A stretch of 64,000 nucleotides of DNA, taken from the NCBI GenBank assembly GCA_039190745.1, contig JBCCXZ010000001.1:32001-96000 (forward strand), written 5' to 3'. Under the pieces are notes generated by a model that searched no databases, was not told the DNA's origin, and saw only the letters and a list, made by a program, of their open reading frames with translations. This DNA is from Planctomycetota bacterium (lineage in GTDB: Bacteria; Planctomycetota; Planctomycetia; Pirellulales; Lacipirellulaceae). Shown piece by piece: positions 60,522 through 64,000 of the stretch; position 1 is the stretch's first letter; each line of letters begins with the position of its first letter. The translations under genes were made by a program, and so were the position numbers.

Positions 60522-61469
60522 ATGCCGACGCGGGAGGCCGCCACCGGGTACTTGTTCGCCTTGCCGTGGCTGGCGGGGTTCGCGTTGTTCGTGGCGTACC
60601 CGTTCGCGGCGACGTTGTGGTGGAGCTTCTGCGATTACGACCTGCTATCTTCGCCGCGGTTTGTGGGGTGGGAGAACTACCGGCGTCTGGCGTCGGAGTT
60701 AGCCGGGGGCGGGCGGCTGTGGCTGGCGGTGGTGAACACGGCCTACTACTGCGTGGCGAGTGTTGCTGCGTCGGTGGCGGTTGGCGTGGGGTTGGCGACG
60801 ATGCTGTCGTGGAAGGTGCGCGGTCAGGCCGTGTACCGCACGCTTTGCTACTTGCCGTCGGTCGTGCCGGTGGTGGCTTCGGCCGTGCTGTGGGTCTGGC
60901 TGCTCGACCCGCAGTCTGGGCTGGTGAACGGCGTTCTCGGTGCGCTGCACCTGCCGGGGCAGGACTGGTTCCAGAGTACTAGCGCCGCCGCGCTGCCGGG
61001 GAGCTGGCCGACCGACGAGCCGGGCCGCGTCTTTGGCAGCAAAGACGGGCTGGTGTTGATGAGCGTGTGGGGCATCGGCAACCTGCTCATCATTTATTTG
61101 GCGGCGATCGCCGACGTGCCGGCGGAGCTGTACGAGGCGGCGGTGATCGACGGCGCCTCGCGGGCCCGTCGGTTCTGGCACGTGACGCTGCCGATGCTCA
61201 CGCCGGTGGTGTTCTTCAATGTGGTGATGGGGCTGATTCAGTCGGTGCAGGCTTTCACGGAGGTGTATCTGGTCAGCGACGGCCAGGGCGACCCGGCGGG
61301 GGCGACGTTGACGCTCTCGCTGCACTTGTTCCTGGTGGCGTTCAAGGAACTCGACATGGGGTATGCCTCGGCGATCGCTTGGGTGCTGTTCGTTGTCGTG
61401 ACGTTGGTGACGGCGTGGTTGTTCCGTTCCTCTCGGCATTGGGTGCATACATATGGAGTGATCGTCTGA
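60522..61469 (+). CDS. Carbohydrate ABC transporter permease (MalF/UgpA-like)
   Basis: FVGWENY, YLPSVVP, EAA loop ELYEAAVIDGA, MGYASAIAW. Confidence 0.93.
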   Translation: MPTREAATGYLFALPWLAGFALFVAYPFAATLWWSFCDYDLLSSPRFVGWENYRRLASELAGGGRLWLAVVNTAYYCVASVAASVAVGVGLATMLSWKVRGQAVYRTLCYLPSVVPVVASAVLWVWLLDPQSGLVNGVLGALHLPGQDWFQSTSAAALPGSWPTDEPGRVFGSKDGLVLMSVWGIGNLLIIYLAAIADVPAELYEAAVIDGASRARRFWHVTLPMLTPVVFFNVVMGLIQSVQAFTEVYLVSDGQGDPAGATLTLSLHLFLVAFKELDMGYASAIAWVLFVVVTLVTAWLFRSSRHWVHTYGVIV

Positions 61470-62759
61470 TTGAGCCTTTCGACTAACGCCGCCCACGCAC
61501 GGGAAGAAGTGGTGTTCTGGCACTTCTGGGGCGGGGCGGACCGGCCGGTGGTGGAGCGGATTGTCGAGGGGTTCAATGCGTCGCAGGACCGCTACCGCGT
61601 GCGGGCGATCGCGATGCCGGGGGCGAACCTCGACCTGAAGTTCTTCCTGAGCGTTGCGGGCGGCAGCCCGCCGGACGTCATGAACCAGGACGACCCGGTG
61701 GTGGCCGACTGGGCGCACCGCGGGCTCTTGGCGTCGCTCGAGGAGATGGCTTCCGCGGAAGAGCTTGAGCGGCTCGAGGGTTGGCTGTTCCCGGCGGCGC
61801 GGCGGCTGGGCTCTTTTGACGGGCGGCTGTACGCGCTGTGCAACGGCTTGGATATCCGCGCGTTGTACTGCAACCAGACTTTGCTGGCCGAGCACGGGCT
61901 CTCGCCGCCGCGGACGTTGGAGGAACTCGATCGGATCGCGGAGACGATCGCGCCGCACCACGCCGAGGGCGACCGCACGCGGATGGGCTACCTGCCCGAC
62001 CCTAGGCGGCTGTGGGCGTGGGGCGCGGCGTTCGGCGGCAGCTTCTATGACTCGGACGCGGAAGACGTGGAAGCGATGATCACGGCAGACTCGCCGCGTG
62101 TGCTCGACGCGCTGCGCTGGATGGGCGGCTACGCCGATCGTTACGGCCCCAGTGCGCTGGCGCGGTTCCGCTCGGGGGAGCAGGCGCTCACGGGGGCGAG
62201 CTTCACGCTGCTCAACAACCGCCGGTACGCCGTGCAGATGGACGGCCAGTGGCGGCTGCGGGACGTGGCTGCGGTGCGGGCCCGGGCCGCGGAGCGGGGC
62301 GAGGCGTGCGACGAGATCACGGTCGTGCCGCTGCCGCGCCCGGCGGGCGGGGTAGCCAACGCCGGGTGGGTGAACGGCAACTTCTTCGTCGTGCCGCACA
62401 ACGCTCGGTCCAAAGACGGGGCGTGGGCTTTCATGAAATACTGGGCCGGCTTCGGAAACGAAGCGGCGGCCGGCGAAGCTTGTGCCGCGGGGGGGTGGAT
62501 CCCGGCGTCGGAGCGGGTCGTCGCGAGCGAGGCGTACCAGGCGGCCATCGAGCGGGAACCGCTGCTGCGGGTGTTCGTCGACCTTGCCGCTAGCGAATAC
62601 CAACAACCCGTGCCGCCGCTGCCTGTTGCTTCGCACTACTACCAGGAGGTGATCGGCGCCGCGCAGGACGTATTGTACCGCGGCGCGGACCCCGACGAGA
62701 GCCTGCGCGGGGCGGCTGAGCGTGTGCGGCGAAGGCTGCGGGGGGTGATGCAGCGATGA
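61470..62759 (+). CDS. Carbohydrate ABC transporter substrate-binding protein (no evident signal peptide)
   Basis: VVFWHFWGG, AGGSPPDV, LYCN, GNFFVVP, AWAFMKY. TTG directly follows the in-frame TGA of the permease. Confidence 0.85.
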   Translation: MSLSTNAAHAREEVVFWHFWGGADRPVVERIVEGFNASQDRYRVRAIAMPGANLDLKFFLSVAGGSPPDVMNQDDPVVADWAHRGLLASLEEMASAEELERLEGWLFPAARRLGSFDGRLYALCNGLDIRALYCNQTLLAEHGLSPPRTLEELDRIAETIAPHHAEGDRTRMGYLPDPRRLWAWGAAFGGSFYDSDAEDVEAMITADSPRVLDALRWMGGYADRYGPSALARFRSGEQALTGASFTLLNNRRYAVQMDGQWRLRDVAAVRARAAERGEACDEITVVPLPRPAGGVANAGWVNGNFFVVPHNARSKDGAWAFMKYWAGFGNEAAAGEACAAGGWIPASERVVASEAYQAAIEREPLLRVFVDLAASEYQQPVPPLPVASHYYQEVIGAAQDVLYRGADPDESLRGAAERVRRRLRGVMQR

Positions 62760-63601
62760 GCACGCCCACTAGTGAAAACGTCGTCGACCGACCGCCGCGC
62801 GGCGCCCACTTGTGGCTGGTCTTGGCGGCGGGGCTGTTCGCGCTGCCGCTGGTCTGGATGGTGCTCACGTCTCTGAAGACGCCGGACCAGATCAAGGCCG
62901 AGCCCTACGCCTGGCTGCCTCAGCCGCTGGCGGCGGGCAACTACGCGGAGAGCCTCTCGGCGATGCCGCTGGCGAGGTACCTCGGCAACACCCTGCTGCT
63001 GTGCATGGGGAGCGTCGCGGGGACGCTCGTCTCCTGCACCTGCGCCGCCTACGCGTTCGCGTTGTTGCGGTGGCCGGGGCGGGACGTTTGGTTCGGCGTG
63101 CTGATCGCCACGATGCTGCTGCCGTGGCAGGTGACGATGGCGCCGCGGTTTGAGATCATCCGCGCGGTCGGCCTCTACAACACGCTGGGTGAGCTCATCG
63201 TGCCGACTCTTTTTGGGAACGCGTTTTACGTCTTCCTGCTGCGGCAGTTTTTTCTCACGGTTCCGCGGGAGACGCTCGACGCGGCGCGGATCGACGGCTG
63301 CGGCGAGGCGGCGGTGCTGTGGCGGATCGTGCTGCCGGTGGCGAGGCCGGCGTTGGCGACGGTGGCGCTCTTGCAGTTCGTGGCGGCGTGGAACGACTAC
63401 GGCGGTCCGCTTCTGTACCTGAGCGACCCGCGGAAGTTCCCGCTCGCTTACGGGCTGGAGCAGTTCGTGAGCGCCCACTCGAGCGAGACGCACCTGATGT
63501 TGGCCGCGGCGGTGGTGTTCACGCTGCCGATTTTGGTGCTGTTCTTCCTGACGCAGCGGGTGTTCATCCGCGGCATCGCCACGACGGGGCTCAAGGGTTA
63601 G
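62756..63601 (+). CDS. Carbohydrate ABC transporter permease (MalG/UgpE-like)
   Basis: PLVWMVLTSLK, FLLRQFF, DAARIDGC, WNDY..PL, QRVFIRGI. Confidence 0.94.
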   Translation: MSTPTSENVVDRPPRGAHLWLVLAAGLFALPLVWMVLTSLKTPDQIKAEPYAWLPQPLAAGNYAESLSAMPLARYLGNTLLLCMGSVAGTLVSCTCAAYAFALLRWPGRDVWFGVLIATMLLPWQVTMAPRFEIIRAVGLYNTLGELIVPTLFGNAFYVFLLRQFFLTVPRETLDAARIDGCGEAAVLWRIVLPVARPALATVALLQFVAAWNDYGGPLLYLSDPRKFPLAYGLEQFVSAHSSETHLMLAAAVVFTLPILVLFFLTQRVFIRGIATTGLKG

Positions 63602-63935
63602 AGCCCTGGGCGCATGCACCTACGGCGGTTGGTCCGCTGGGGGTTGCGTCGAGAGGCGACGCGGAGACTTTGCGGGCGGCTGAGGCGACTCAGGCCCGCG
63701 GCAAGAAGGCTACTTCTTGCGGTGACGGATCTTGGCCCGCATGCGGCGCTTTTTGCGACCGAGCTTGCGGCGGCCCTTTCCGGATTTCTTCGTTCCCAAT
63801 TTCGGCTCCGAATACGAGGTTTGACAAACCAACAGGCTTGCCAAACCACAAGATTTGGTAGTGACGCTTGCCCCGCTCTGCCCGGCGCCCGGGCCAAACA
63901 GGCCGGGCTTGTGGGCCCCGCATCAGCGGGTTGAG

Positions 63936-64000
63936 TGGGCGATGCAGGGCTCGAACCTGCGACCCCTAGCTTGTCGAGCTAGTGCTCTAGCCAACTGAGC
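63936..64000 (-). tRNA. tRNA-Val (GAC), 5' end outside window
   Basis: Reverse complement GCTCAGTTGGCTAGAGCACTAGCTCGACAAGCTAGGGGTCGCAGGTTCGAGCCCTGCATCGCCCA shows D arm, CTAGC-TCGACAA-GCTAG anticodon arm and T arm. Confidence 0.92.

Noticed and set aside
61467..61530. Selenocysteine recoding of the in-frame TGA
   Set aside because: No SECIS-like hairpin is evident just downstream and the context is not a redox motif.
60699..62636. 645-aa minus-strand ORF, and similar long antisense ORFs such as 40238-41512, 23414-24718 and 3505-4755
   Set aside because: Arg/Pro/Gly-rich shadow frames opposite well-supported genes, as expected from high-GC codon bias. No motifs.

Overview
High-GC, chromosomal-looking bacterial window. 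The gene repertoire (PEP-CTERM protein, STK-linked ECF sigma factor, many long secreted hypotheticals) suggests a planctomycete, probably Pirellulales; this taxonomy is inferred. Housekeeping genes: partial ispE, tmk, panB, gap, tig-clpP-clpP, tRNA-Gly(GCC) and a partial tRNA-Val(GAC). Envelope and glycan genes: a DUF368 Und-P translocase, a TolC-like lipoprotein overlapping a WYL regulator, a GT9 heptosyltransferase, a wbaP-like initiating transferase divergent from a Wzx/Wzy cluster with methyl-, sulfo- and acyl-transferases, and wcaI-like/gmd/fcl. Also present: a ParDE-type toxin-antitoxin pair and a sugar ABC transporter. Best candidates for undescribed biology: (1) a six-gene signalling operon encoding a signal-anchored PspA/ESCRT-III-like coiled-coil protein, a TPR-like/FHA protein, a polytopic Ser/Thr kinase, a membrane protein, an ECF sigma with ASED in place of DAED, and a soluble zinc-finger anti-sigma-like protein; (2) a DPM1-like GT2 translationally coupled to a BshC/WbqC-like putative aminoacyl transferase; (3) an ABC permease and a signal-less binding protein in the same frame, separated by one TGA; (4) a REP-like 25-nt hairpin repeat that brackets the fucose and PEP-CTERM modules. 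All calls come from motif recognition by eye. No searches were run.
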